Origin: Antedon mediterranea
Lineage: Eukaryota > Animalia > Echinodermata
Direction of reading: 5' to 3'
Length of the DNA stretch: 64,000 nt
NCBI RefSeq assembly: GCF_964355755.1
Contig: NC_092674.1
Coordinates: 16,182,001 to 16,246,000 of the forward strand
Part shown: one piece after another, positions 1 to 12,462 of the stretch
How positions within the stretch are numbered: the stretch's first letter is position 1
Layout of the letters: each line of letters begins with the position of its first letter
Made by a program: the position numbers and the translations under genes
The notes under the pieces: generated by a model
Databases searched by the model: none
What the model was told of the DNA's origin: nothing
What the model saw: only the letters and a program-made list of their open reading frames with translations

Positions 1-791
1 TTAATAGAGGCATTTGATTTTAATTGTTTTACTAGTCTACACACCAGGCTGGACTTATGCCTTCTATAGCTAGTAGTGTAGACCATTAAAGCTGAAAGTG
101 AAACTTATGTATACTAACTATGGGCGTAAATGCGTGTGTCACCTTTGGATAGCCTAAGCTATACTGTATCTAGGCATAAGGTTTAGAAAAGCTACAGACT
201 AGGGACTTACGCATTATGATGGTAGATGAAAGAATACAGTCATTTACGCATGCGTAGCACAGTATACTCGACTCGGTTCCTTTATTTACAGGATTTAATT
301 GTATATGCTCAATTTTACGTTTGGTATTCTAGGCAGAGCAAAGTTTATGACATAATTTTGAAACTTTTCAACAATAAAAAATAAGCGATGAATAATTCAT
401 GTTTATTTAAGTTTTCATTCTTAAGCACTGTCTACACTATCAAAGTTTGTGACAAAAAAATGTGATGTGTCACATAAAGTTTGATAGTGTAGACAGAGCT
501 TTAGTTGTTGTTGAAACAAACGGTGCTGAAACAATGTATTTAAATCAAAAGTGAAAGTTTTAATCTTTTTTACGCTCCTTTTCCCGATTTTTTTTCCTTT
601 ATGGTAGGATAATTTTTTTTTTTCCAGATTTATAGGGGGGGGGGGGGCGTGCGTGCATCCCAATGCATAAAGTTCTTACTGATGATTAGGAGATGACCTT
701 TTGTTTGGATTTGACAATCAGTTATGAAATTCCATTCCTTTTAATTCTTTAGATGAAATGAATGGTTGCCAATATGCACTTTGGCTTTTTT

Positions 792-890
792 TTACCAATA
801 ATAGCATGCATGATTTATTTTGAATACTATGTGGCATGGAGAAGCATTTTTCCCCTACAGTGAATGCTAGATCCAGCATTCAGTCGAAGC
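792..890 (-). pseudogene. Fragment copied from the 3' end of the C1q gene at 11620-12462 (stop codon region plus 3' UTR), with a 21-bp deletion
   Basis: ttaccaataatag...tatgtggcatggagaag|catttttcccctacagtgaatgctagatccagcattca matches ~11585-11705 except for loss of aacacctgtaaagctacagag. Confidence 0.8.
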
Positions 891-954
891 TGATAAACCA
901 CAATGGATGTCGTGAATTTTGTTCAAAATTGAGAAATTTGTGTAAAAAATGGAG

Positions 955-1412
955 AAATATTTTGTCCAGAATAAGGACAAAATCGAAAAAATAGGGAAGT
1001 TGTCCAACATAGAAAAATCCGATTTGTCCAAAATGGGGAAATTCCTGTCCAGAATGGGGAAGTGCTGTGTCCAAAATAAGAAAGCTGTCTAATATAGAGA
1101 AATCCGATTTGTCCAGAATGGGAAAATTTCTGTCCAGAATAGAGAAGTGATGTGTCCAAAATAGAGAAATTGTCCAATATAAAGGGAAATCCGATTCGTC
1201 CAAAATGGGGAAGTGATGTGTCCACAACAGAGAAATTCAGATTTATCCAAAATGGGGAAATTTCTGTCCAGAATAGAGAAGTGCTGTGTCCAAAATAGAG
1301 AAGCTGTCCAATATATTGGGAAATCCGATTTGTCCAAAATTGAGAAATTTTGTCCAGAATAGAGAAATGATGTGTCCAAAATAGAGAAATTCAGATTTGT
1401 CCAAAATGGGAA
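955..1412. repeat. Minisatellite of ~19-22-bp tgtcca(a/g)aat-core units with a higher-order repeat of ~120 bp
   Basis: Recurring tgtccaaaat/tgtccagaat...gaaat units. This explains the three overlapping repetitive ORFs at 880-1463. Confidence 0.9.
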
Positions 1413-2397
1413 CATTTTCTCTAGAATTAGTAGGGGTGTGAAAGATACGGAGGCTCTACCCACCTCGTAAATGTCCCGTGTTTCATGAACTTTCTTATCG
1501 AACTTGAGAAATAAAGTCTCTCATAGACCTGACCTAAACTGATTTACGCATCCAATCTTTCCATTTATTTAGGACCAAAATGTGTAGAATTATGAGAGAC
1601 GGTATCATCCATGTAAAAATCTTCAATTGGGTTTCCTGGACGAGCCTCCAATTTGTAACCCCGGTTCGAAAAGATAATAAAACTAGGATTCCAAATATTT
1701 ATATATTTATTCCGGAGTTTATTCCAATTGAAGTAGTGTTTATTCTGAAACTAAAAGAGAAAATACATACATGTATATAAGATAACTAACATACAAACAA
1801 TACAAAACAATGTGATATGGTATACTCGTGATCTCAAATTAATCCAAAATTGTCTTCATAATCAATAATATCGTAACAAAACATAAATGCTATAGCAATG
1901 GTAATTAAGTGAAAATTCAATATAAAACACGCTAATGCTTCATCACTTTATACATTTATTTACTAAGCCAAACATATTCCTTGGAGTATCTTTAACAATG
2001 CGGTAGCCTTTCATCTAAGCAATTACTTCTAATAATTAATGAAATTTGATGTACACTAAAATAATAACAACTAGATTTAATTCGTCACTATGACGAATTA
2101 TAGGTTATATGCATTGATTTAAATAAAGATAATTGATTGATTTAAGATATTTTGATTGATTGATTTTCTCAGAATCTTTAGTTATTTGTAATATATGATA
2201 GGATCTTGCTAACGCAAATACAATAGCCGGTATCATAATCCGATCAAAGATCCTTCTGCGTATATAATGTCATAAACCACATTTGTGTTTTTATCTAAAT
2301 TTCATTATAAATCATCTGTATAATCTATACACTAAGAAATACAGTACAATTGAACAAACAATACGGATAATAAAAAAATATCTTATTTCGTTTCGTT

Positions 2398-2461
2398 TCC
2401 CAAGGTGAGACTCGAACTCGGTACCTTGAATGCTAAAGACACGAGCAAAGACCACCGAGCC
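2398..2461 (-). other. Degenerate tRNA-like segment carried inside Helentron-like family A
   Basis: Minus strand reads ggctcggtggtc...gagttcgagtctcaccttggg (A-box/B-box-like). Also present in the copies at ~50441 and ~51860. Confidence 0.45.
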
Positions 2462-2906
2462 ATACACAACTGACTAAAAGTTATGGGAAGATTCCTCCGT
2501 GTATTTACTATGCAGTAACCACTTTGGTGCAGATAGATTATTACATACCGCAATGAATTATAATGTTTTACTATGATGACATCATTAAAAATTAAAAAAA
2601 ATGATGCACTGTCAAAGTATATACTTTTAACTTTAATATATGAACTTCATAAGGAAGAAAGTTAATGTTAAGTTTGTTATTTTGGCCTAAGAAAATGTTA
2701 TAATTTGTTTGATTGTCGAAATTAATTTTGTTAAATTTAATATGCCATTAATGATGACTTAATCAACTTTTGTTCTTCTAATTTCATAATAAATCATACA
2801 TATGATACATACACTTCAAGAAAATTAAATAAAAAATAGGTGTTCCCGAGCATTCTAACGATATATATTAATTTTAAAATTTAGCATATTTTCACCATTT
2901 TGTTAA

Positions 2907-3534
2907 AGCCCCATTCCCTACGTTTTTTAGATCTAATTTAAGATCACAAACTATATTTAATGTAAAAATAATACTATATGGTCCTATTGCGATAACTTTT
3001 TTCGTCTTTAAACGGTTAAAAATGTGAAAAATAAATCGATTTTAATAATTATAGCGGCCCGCTATAAATCCCAAAATGCATTGCGCGCGGATTGATATTG
3101 TTGTTTTTCACCTGTAATTCGCCCACTTTTCGATCGATCGCGTGAAGCCAAAACAAATGGAAGACTCCTAACTTTTCAGCGAAAATACCGGGTTTTCCCC
3201 AATTTGTATCAACGGAGTCTGGCAAAAATAGAAAGATAATTAATGCAGCAACTATACAACGTCAGGCTAGGTATATAGCTAGCGTACGATGTTCGTACGT
3301 TACCAATGTTTACCAGCTAGGCCTACAAAACTAAGCCTAGCTAGGCTAGGCCTGAGACCGTCCACGAGAGGTCGATCGCCGCGAGCTACTTAGGTAGTGC
3401 ATTGTTTCTCACTTTTTATCATAATTTACCATAAAACGTACATTTAAGACAAGGAATGACATGGTTTAATGTTTTTAAAGTGATATATATGTATTATTTT
3501 CCAAAAAACGTCCAAAATTGCAGGGAAGGGGTCT
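2907..3534. mobile_element. TTAA-inserting MITE (Kolobok-like AG...CT termini) inserted in element A
   Basis: TTAA at 2903-2906 and 3535-3538. Imperfect TIR agccccattccct / agggaaggggtct. The empty site ttttgTTAActtacacgtg is visible in the paralogue at ~50942. Confidence 0.85.
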
Positions 3535-4098
3535 TTAACTTACACGTGCGTAGCCTGTCACTTTTGACATGCGCGTATAACGCTGTTTCGCATTGAAAAG
3601 TGAATAAAATATGATGATATTATTAAAGAAAGGTTATACAACAGTAATCGGACAAAAACAGTGCGCATTAACATTTGACGCGCAGTGCGCGTGCAAAAAT
3701 CTGCGCACTCATGGCAATTTTTTAAACGCTTAAAATTGCCTGAAACGTACTCTAATTTCATCGAAAATAAATTCTGACAATTTTCAACATTTTAAGCGCG
3801 CGTACGCATGCGTTATATGCACTACGCACGTAATTGTATTGCCATATGATGAAATATGACCTGAAATTTATGAGTACCAAATTTTGTTTAAAAGTGATTC
3901 ATGTTTGTGAAGATATGATTACAAATGTGATTTCGTTAAATCGCGCGTAGACCGCGTAATGTTTGATTGCGCACCCTGAAAACATAACCACATCGATTCC
4001 TGGCCATAAGGAATATACTCTGAAAAATTGACTTAGATAGATGAAACTGATATCAAGATAATTCACTGACAAAATAGTGCTAAGGAGAGAATAAATAA

Positions 4099-7000
4099 AC
4101 TACACATGAAACTCGTCACTTTGACGAGTTAGTTATCCGCTCGACAAACGCCACGTGCACGTCATACGTTAGAATATTGCACCGAAAAATATTAAGGCAT
4201 TATGACCTGAACTGAAGAATATGATATGTTGTTATTTCTGAATTCTGTTATATTGTGTCATATAGTATACACAGTACAATCTGTATACATATCACAAACA
4301 GTGTAAAATAGGTGAAATTACGGGACCGGTATTTTATTGTAATTTTTAACATCTTGACGATTTCAAAATGAAATGCAAAAGTAGAAATTTCAGAATGAAA
4401 TTATCTCAGCAACAACATATTAACGTGTAGAAGAAATTTGAATACGTGAAATATTGATGCGCGCTCTTTTAAATGTAATAAAATATAACGCAAAAGACGA
4501 AAATACGACTTTTTTTATTTAACTGGCCATATGATGACGTCACAACATTCAATTGGCACAATTTTCACATGATTTTGTATCTACAATACAATAGCTTCCT
4601 GAAAACGTTTTAATCGTGATTATCACATTTTATTCTTACGAGCTATAACAGATTAAAATTTACTGTAAAGATGAAATTAATGATCAACGTAATTTAAATT
4701 TTTAGGCATGATGACGTTAAAAAAATAAAAAAAATTTTAATTCATGCAAAAGATAGTTGATTGACCTAGAATATATTAAAATCGGGGTGAAAATGGACAA
4801 CGAATAAGTGGAGATGCACTCTGTTAAATGTGATGAGCTATGACGAAAGAGACAAAAATCCTATATTTTATATTCGCGTGGCCATACGATGACGTCACAA
4901 TGTCCGGTTAGCCATATTAATGCAATAATCCGATATCTACAACTCATCAACTTCCAGAATATGTGATTAAAAAAAAGTTCTCTACGTAGTTTAGAATCTA
5001 TGACTGTTTAAAAATAGGCATAATTTTGACGAATTTTTGAACTTTTTCACCAAAAACTGGCGCAAATTATCTAATTCGACGTGCTCGTATGACGTAATTT
5101 TTAGTTGAAATTTTTTAAAAGTTGGTAACATTACTAGAAAAGGCTGAAAAAACATAAATCACGGGGGAAAAATAAGTTTTTAACGCTACGTGTGCACCGC
5201 GTGCGTAAAAATTTTCGCGCGCATGGGAATTTTTGACATGCTCAAAATGACATGAAACGCATAGAAAGTTGATTAGATGTTGATTTTTCGCATCCTAAAA
5301 TTTTAAACGCGCATGCGCGCGTAACTTTTTGTGAAACATGCACATATTTTTAATCCATAGAAAGTTTGCACTTGATATGAGTTAAATTTTCACAAAGTGT
5401 CAAAACAAAATTATGTTTGGTTTTTAGTCTATGATCAATCATTAAAATTCATAAAATCGCGCGTAAGTCACGTTGCGCAATTCTGACGGCATTCAAAAAT
5501 AGGAGGTGCACAAGTTCACGTAAATGTCGATATGTTGACAAAGTTACGATATGTTCTGTTTACACGTTTTAGAGAAACGCGACGCACAAAAATGACAGAA
5601 AGAAAGAAGTATAATACAGAAAAAACTAGACATGTAACTCGTCACTTTGACGAGTGCGCATGAAAAACGCCACGCGCACATCATACGTTTAAATTTTGCG
5701 CACGAAAAAAGATTATGGCATTATGACCTGAACTGAAGAATGTCATATGTTGTTAGTGCTGAATTCTATCAATTTTGTGTCATATAGTATATACAGTATA
5801 AACAGTATAATCTGTATGCGTATTACATACAGTGTAGAATAGGTGAAATTACGGGACCCCCCATTTATTCCTATTTTTAACATGGCGGCGGTATCAAAAT
5901 GAAACACTAAGATAGCAATTTTGGAAGCAAATGATCTCATCAACAACATATTACCGTGTAGAAGAAATTTGAATACGTCAAATATAGATACGCGCTCTTT
6001 TAAATGTGATGAACTATGACGCAAATTATGAAAATACGACTTTTTATATTCAACTGGCCATATGATGACGTCACAACATCTGATTGGCAAAATGTTCACA
6101 TGAATTCGTATCTACAATCCAATAGCTTCCATAAAACGTTTTGATCATGATTATCACTTTTTATTCTGACGAGCTATAACAGATTGAAATTTACTGTAAA
6201 GATGAAAATAGGTGAACGACGTTATTTACATTTTTAGACATGATGACGTCATAAAAATTAAAATATTTTTAACTCATGCGAAAGATAGTTGATGGACCTA
6301 GACAGTATTAAAATATATGAGGAAATGGAATACTGTACGTATAAGCAATATGCGCTCTATTTAATGTAATGAGCAATAGCGAAACAGTCAAAAATCCAAT
6401 ATTTTACATTCGTGTGGCCATACGATGACGTCATAACATCCGAGGGGTAAAGATTCTGCATGAATTCATATCTACAACATATCTGCTTACATATTAAATT
6501 AAAAAAATTGGGGGTAACGGTTGATCCTGAGGAGCTATAATAGATTCAAAGTAGGCATAATTTTGACAATATTTTGTCACTTTTGCAACTAAAACGCACG
6601 CAAATTGTCTAAATCAACGTGTTCGTATGACGTCATTTTAATTTGAAATGATGTAAATCTTTTTTAAAATGACTAGCAAAGGCTGGAAAATTACAATTCA
6701 AGAGAAAAAAACATGATTTTCGTACTCCGTGCGCACCATACGCGTCAATTCTTTCGCGCGCGGGGGAATTTTTGACATGCTTAAAATGTCATGATCAGCG
6801 TAGAAAGTTGATTATAAATTAATTTTGCGCATCTTGAAACTTCAAATGCGCGTGCGCGCGTAACTTCTTGTAAAACATGCCATTTTTAATCCATAGAAAG
6901 TTTGCCTTTGATATGACTTAAATATTCACCAAATGTCAATACAAAATGACTTTTATTTTTTATCCTATGATCAATCATTGAAATTCATAAAATCGTGCGT

Positions 7001-7277
7001 AAGTCACGTTGCGCAACTCTGACGTCATTCAAAATATGGAGGTGCACAACTTCAGGTAAATGTCCATATAATGACAAAGTTATACAAAAGATATATTCAC
7101 AAGCAATAGGGGATATGCTGCTCACAAAAATCAGGGAAAGAAAGAAGAACAAAGATGATGAAAAAAAAAGATATTTACAATCACATGGGTTATCCTGCAA
7201 CTAAGTTGCGGATAACCAAAAAAATTTGATGAAACAGGACGATTACAAGGAGTTATCCGCTACTAAGCGGATAACTA
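4099..7277 (-). mobile_element. Helentron-like family B element nested in the A-rich tract of element A
   Basis: Begins actacacatgaaactcgtcactttgacgagtt followed by agttatccgc. Ends with palindrome agttatccgctactaagcggataact. Element A sequence resumes immediately after. Confidence 0.7.
5625..7218 (-). mobile_element. Second family-B-related element nested in the A-rich tract of the first
   Basis: Starts actagacatgtaactcgtcactttgacgagt. The interior is colinear with 4140-5620. Ends ggttatcctgcaactaagttgcggataacc. Confidence 0.7.
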
Positions 7278-7819
7278 ATAAATAATAAAGATTTTGACAG
7301 AATCAAGAGGTTATATGCATGATAATGCATATAACCTAATAATATAGGTACACTGTAATTAATACACTGCTATTCAGGTACAACAAACTCGCTAAAACCG
7401 TTTGGGACCTTACTTTAATGTGTATAGGTAGCCTATAATGCATATCATTGGTACATGAGTGTCTTTTACACACTGTACTATCATAAACAAATTGAGAAGT
7501 CACTAGTCTATTGAATCTATCCTATAAAACTTATTAGATATGAAAAGGTAATTAAATACAATTTCTTACCTAAAAGAGCCAGTAGTACGGGCCAGATATA
7601 AAACTTAAAACAGGTTGTTGAGTAATTTTAAGCAGTACGTGTTACACTTTGTATTTCTTGGTCTTATCTGTGCACATCATGGGAATGGAATGTGGGACTG
7701 GGCTTAAGAGGTATATTCAGAGCGTCATTTTGATGATCGAGCATTCTCTACTTCTACGGAGCGCCATTTATGCCTTTATTTACTTCCGAAATAGAAATAG
7801 TACTACAGTGACTGGTCCA

Positions 7820-8150
7820 GTGGACCAAATTTAGCACCAATGGAGTACAGCGATATAAAATAGAAATAAGTCACTAATTTTAATATCTTTTCGTATGTAA
7901 ATACACTGTGCTCAAGTGGACACAATTTGGCACCAGTGAGGAGCACAGTGATATAAAATAGAAATAAGTCACTGAATTTTAAGATTTTTCGTATGTTAAT
8001 ACACTGTGCTCACGTGGACCCAATTTGGCGCGTGCGCCAGTGAGCACATTGATATAAAATAGAAAAAAGTCACTAAATTTTAATGTCTTTTTGTATGTTA
8101 ATACACTGTGCTCAAGTGGACCCAATTTGGCACCAATGGGAGCACAGAGG
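7820..8150. repeat. Tandem repeat, ~110-bp unit, about 3 copies
   Basis: gtggacc(c)aattt(g)gcacca...gatataaaatagaaataagtcact...atacactgtgctca repeated. Confidence 0.85.
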
Positions 8151-8461
8151 GAAATAGTCACATACAAAAACATCGAGAAAAAATACTTCTGGAATTCAAA
8201 AATATTTCAAACTTGGTATATATGTTCAATATCACATATTGCGTTTGTCTAAGATAAATACTTATGAAAGAACCTACAATTCCAACACATTTTTTGGCAC
8301 CAATGGGAGCACAGAGGTAAATAGTCACATACAAAAACATCGAGAAAAAATACTTCTGGAATTCAAAAAATATTTCAAACTTGGTATATATGTTCAATAT
8401 CACATATTGCGTTTGTCTTAAGATAAATACTTATGAAAGAACATACAATTCCAACACATTT
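8127..8461. repeat. Tandem duplication of ~168 bp
   Basis: ggcaccaatgggagcacagagg...acaattccaacacattt occurs twice in direct orientation. Confidence 0.9.
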
Positions 8462-8559
8462 GTTATTCTGCAAGTATAGTAATATTATAGAAATTAAAAA
8501 CAAAACAACTTTCCGATGTAAACTTTCATGCGTTTGTCATTAATATACAGTACGGTATA

Positions 8560-8640
8560 CCGTATATTTCGGTGTATAAGTCGCACTTTTGACACGCAAA
8601 TTTGACCTCTAAATTAAGGGTGCGTCTTATACACCGAACG
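8560..8640 (+). mobile_element. Left end of a Tc1/pogo-like MITE
   Basis: TA|ccgtatatttcggtgtataagtcgcac with internal inverted copy gtgcgtcttatacaccgaa. No right end was found. Confidence 0.45.
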
Positions 8641-9632
8641 TAAATGCCTCACCACACAGAGTGTACATATCGTCACCTCGTTGGCTAGGCCTAGCTACAG
8701 TGTACTAACGTAACGGCAACCTGCTTCTGCCTAGTTTTCAAGGCATTTTAGCGTGATGTTATACTAAATATGATGAAAAGATTTGTTTATTATGGAGCTG
8801 TTTTAGGCGCTCCGATAAAATTTCATTTGTAAACGTTTACGATTGGAATAGTATTTATTTATAGTTATACGCACGATCGCCGACCCCCCAGCGCAAGCCC
8901 TTCTTGGCGGCCACATGTTGTACGGTATTCGACTAGTATATTCTCCAGGTGATTATAACATGGACCTAGCGTACACACTTCTCGGATACATAGATACTAA
9001 TCGAATATGATTGTCCGTGAAAACGTGCGCCCTCTCGAAATGATCGAGCGAGGCTAGCCCACACACGTGCGTGTTACACACACGGTCATGCACTCGATGT
9101 TGCGGGTGCGAAACTCATGAATAACAAGTTAGAAACAACTTGTTGAGGCTGGGCGGGTTGAAAATGATAAAAGATATTCTGGATTTGTGTTTTAATTGTA
9201 TAACTTTTATTATTAAGACTATACACATTGTTAGACCTTAAAAAAATGTTGGTAGGTTTGATTTTGTTATTTTAGTTGAAACATTTTTCTGTTAAAGAAT
9301 TCTTGATAAACAAACTACAAATAGGTAAAAATCTAAAATATTTATAATTAATTCTATTCTTCATTATTTCCACATACACCACCATGCATGTACATGGAGG
9401 ATACATATTTTAATCTAATTTAAAAAAAAGAAAATGATAAGCATACTGTATTATATAAAACTTGGTCATGCAGTCTTTAAATAAATCTGTTAGATTTGGT
9501 CAGGTGTAATAGGTGCTTTTAACAAATAATTTTCTTTGATCTCAAGTTATGCCTAATATTGAGAAGTTTAAGTTTTATCGGTTTAGTTAAACAATATTTT
9601 ACTTCACTAATTCTAGTGTCATGTTGTATGCA

Positions 9633-10484
9633 TTATTCAGTTGCGTGTATTAGAGCTCCTGTGAAACTACATGGATTATTTTCGCCACAGTGAATACCAT
9701 AACCAGCTTCCAAGACAAGTTGTATCATGTCTCCTTTTGCTAGATTTAGGACTACTGTGTTTGTAGATGTCTGTGTAATTGAAAAATCACTTTGCGCAAA
9801 TGTTCCCATAATGTTGTCGCCATTCCACTTAAGCCAAATTGAATGTGTTTTTGCAGTGTTTGAACCAAATGTGAATGTAAAAATATAAACACCAGCAAGT
9901 TTGCAAATGAAAGTATCTGTTGATAAGTCAAAATGATTATTAAGATCTGTTGTGGTATGATCAAAATCAACAAAGCTTTCCTCAGTTTCTCTTGAAGAAA
10001 AGTCACTAGTTCTAGTAACTGTAAAAGCAACCATGTTATTATTGTTTATGACATTTTTACCAGATTCTCCTTTCTTGCCTTTTTCACCACGCTGTCCCCG
10101 TGAACCTTTAGGTCCAATATTACCAACTACACCTCTTGGTCCATTTGAGCCAGGAATACCATCATGTCCCGGTATACCAGGGGTTCCATCAAGACCTGAT
10201 AACCCAGTCTCTCCCTGATGTCCCATTGGACCTCTTTTTCCAGGAGGCCCCTGAATACCAGCATTTCCCTTTTCTCCTTTCTCCCCTCTTATTCCGTCTC
10301 GTCCTGGAATTCCATCTCTACCAGGTATACCTTGTATTCCTGGGTTTCCCGGTACACCTGGGATACCACATTTGACTCCACAGGAAGACATGACATTTAC
10401 TTCCTCTTCTGGTATTTCTACTTGACTGAAAGATCCACTAAGTAGGCTTAATATGAAAAGACACAGTCTTATTGTGTATGTCAT
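9633..10484 (-). CDS. Secreted collagen-C1q domain protein (C1q/CTRP-like), 283 aa, single coding exon
   Basis: Signal peptide, N-terminal cysteines, ~35 Gly-X-Y triplets, and a gC1q domain ([41 protein letters not shown]). Splice acceptor (ttttgtag) at 10502-10503 just upstream of the ATG. Confidence 0.95.
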   Translation of the reverse strand: MTYTIRLCLFILSLLSGSFSQVEIPEEEVNVMSSCGVKCGIPGVPGNPGIQGIPGRDGIPGRDGIRGEKGEKGNAGIQGPPGKRGPMGHQGETGLSGLDGTPGIPGHDGIPGSNGPRGVVGNIGPKGSRGQRGEKGKKGESGKNVINNNNMVAFTVTRTSDFSSRETEESFVDFDHTTTDLNNHFDLSTDTFICKLAGVYIFTFTFGSNTAKTHSIWLKWNGDNIMGTFAQSDFSITQTSTNTVVLNLAKGDMIQLVLEAGYGIHCGENNPCSFTGALIHATE

Positions 10485-11619
10485 GTTTATCTTGCAATTT
10501 TCTACAAAAGAAAAGACAATTTATTTATAAATAACCAATTTAGGTTATGAATAAAGAAAATGTTTAAAAATGTTGTTTAGATATAAGGCAAGTTAAACAA
10601 CAAAATATACTTTTTTTAGCTGTACTATTTGTATTTATAGTACCCCACAGTTTTGTCTGTTAATATATTAAATGAAATTAAACCGTTCATGGATCTTTCA
10701 ACCATTGACAACACTGATGTAGACTTTAATTTGAATAATAAAAATCATAATTTTAAAGTTCAGTACTGAAATTCTTTTTCGATAACATCATTCAAATTCA
10801 TTCATCATTTCAGCCCTTCAGACCAAGTATTTGTTTCAAACAATCCAGTCAGATAAGAATCATGAGTCTTTTTTAGAATACCAGATACAAAAAATTCTTT
10901 CAATTTAAATTATTCTCTTAATTTTTATTGTGCATCAACAAATCAAAATACATATATGACAAAATGAGAAAAAAATATTAACTCTAATAAATATTTTGTT
11001 AGAACATAGTGCAGAAGTCAAATGAGTACAAATATCTATTATTGTTCTAATAAATCATTATTGCAGATTGTCTTATACTGAGAGCTTAGTTCTTTTTTAT
11101 GCATCAGGAGAATCAAGTACGGTAATAAGTGTTCTATTGAAAACTCTTGTTTTTATATTATGATACTTAAACGAGTCATCTCCTGATTACAGTCTACCAT
11201 CATCCTCTATTTTAATTTGTGACTATGGTGGGATTCAAGTTCAAGTATTGGGTAGGCCTACTATAGTTTACATATGAGTAAACATGATTTTCACGGCAAG
11301 CTTTCTCACACATACTTAATATTCAGTACATTTTCAGATCAGTTTTGGCAAATTTAATACTATACTGATTTATCTTTAAATACTACATTGCTAACATTTT
11401 GCATGCAAATGTATGGTGAGAACATGAATGAAATAAATATTAACTTTTTTGTCTTTTACTTAAATTTAATAAGCCTGTTAAGACCACTTGTGTTATGCAC
11501 TAAAAAATACTTAACACTAAAAATACTTAACTGGTAGTTAAACATAGTGTGATTATATTTTCAGCAGATTATTTTTTTTTTAAATTACCAATAATAGGAT
11601 ACATGATTTATTCTGAATA

Positions 11620-12462
11620 CTATGTGGCATGGAGAAGAACACCTGTAAAGCTACAGAGCATTTTTCCCCTACAGTGAATGCTAGATCCAGCATTCATTCG
11701 AAGCCATATTGTGTCCCCCTTTAACAGATTTAGAACCATTATGTTTGTAGATGTCTGTATAACTGAAAAAACGCTTGTTGAATGCGTGCTCAATATGTTG
11801 GTGCTATTGCGTATAATATTGACAGATGGACTTGTTGTGCTATCTGATGCGAATGAAAAGCTAAAAAGATAGACACCTTGAATGCGACAGGTATACGAGT
11901 CATTCACCATGTCAAAGTCACCGTTTAAATCTGATAATATATGAGTGAAATCAATGCTAATTTCTTTGCTTGCAGACATTTCAGTTGCTCTTGCTACAGT
12001 GAATGCAACTATATTATCTTGTGGTACTTCACCTGCACCTGGCTCACCTTTCAGGCCTGAGTTACCAACTTTCCCAGAACTTCCTTTATAACCTGGTAGA
12101 CCTGGATCACCTATATTGCCAGGATTACCTATGTAGCCATCAGCACCGTTATGACCCTCAATACCTTCAACTCCAGGTTGTCCAGATAAACCAATTGGTC
12201 CCATTTGTCCATCTGGCCCATATAATCCTATATCTCCAGCATTACCGTAATACCCCTTTTGTCCCATATAACCATCAATACCCATGTTTCCATCAATTCC
12301 TACAGGTCCATGGTGCCCTGGTAAACCTGGAATTCCAGGTATTTCACAATCTTCTGAATATCTGATTGATTTATGCAGCGTTTTCTGGGAACCATCTGCA
12401 CCTTCTGCTTTAATTTCAAAGTGCTGCATAGTAACGCACACTAACAACAAAACGTACATCAT
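11620..12462 (-). CDS. Secreted collagen-C1q domain protein (C1q/CTRP-like), 280 aa, single coding exon; paralogue of 9633-10484
   Basis: Signal peptide, ~34 Gly-X-Y triplets, and a gC1q domain (VAFTV, YTCRIQGVYLFSF, VLNLLKGD, SFTGVLL). Acceptor ttttcag lies 5 nt upstream of the ATG. Confidence 0.95.
   Translation of the reverse strand: MMYVLLLVCVTMQHFEIKAEGADGSQKTLHKSIRYSEDCEIPGIPGLPGHHGPVGIDGNMGIDGYMGQKGYYGNAGDIGLYGPDGQMGPIGLSGQPGVEGIEGHNGADGYIGNPGNIGDPGLPGYKGSSGKVGNSGLKGEPGAGEVPQDNIVAFTVARATEMSASKEISIDFTHILSDLNGDFDMVNDSYTCRIQGVYLFSFSFASDSTTSPSVNIIRNSTNILSTHSTSVFSVIQTSTNIMVLNLLKGDTIWLRMNAGSSIHCRGKMLCSFTGVLLHAT

Larger units (their letters stand above)
2069..7338 (-). mobile_element. Non-autonomous Helentron/Helitron-like element, family A, interrupted by nested insertions
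   Basis: The minus-strand 3' end is hairpin aattcgtca-tag-tgacgaatt followed by aaatCTAG. Subterminal aggttatatgcat at ~2102 recurs in the palindromic end aggttatatgcatgataatgcatataacct at ~7308-7337. Near-identical copies lie at 50096-53054. Confidence 0.75.

Noticed and set aside
880-1463. Three overlapping minus-strand ORFs
   Set aside because: They are by-products of the tgtccaaaat minisatellite.
3558-3761. ORF MKLEYVSGNF..., repeated at 50970-51173
   Set aside because: It lies within the non-autonomous family-A element, has no recognisable domain, and its conservation reflects recent copying.
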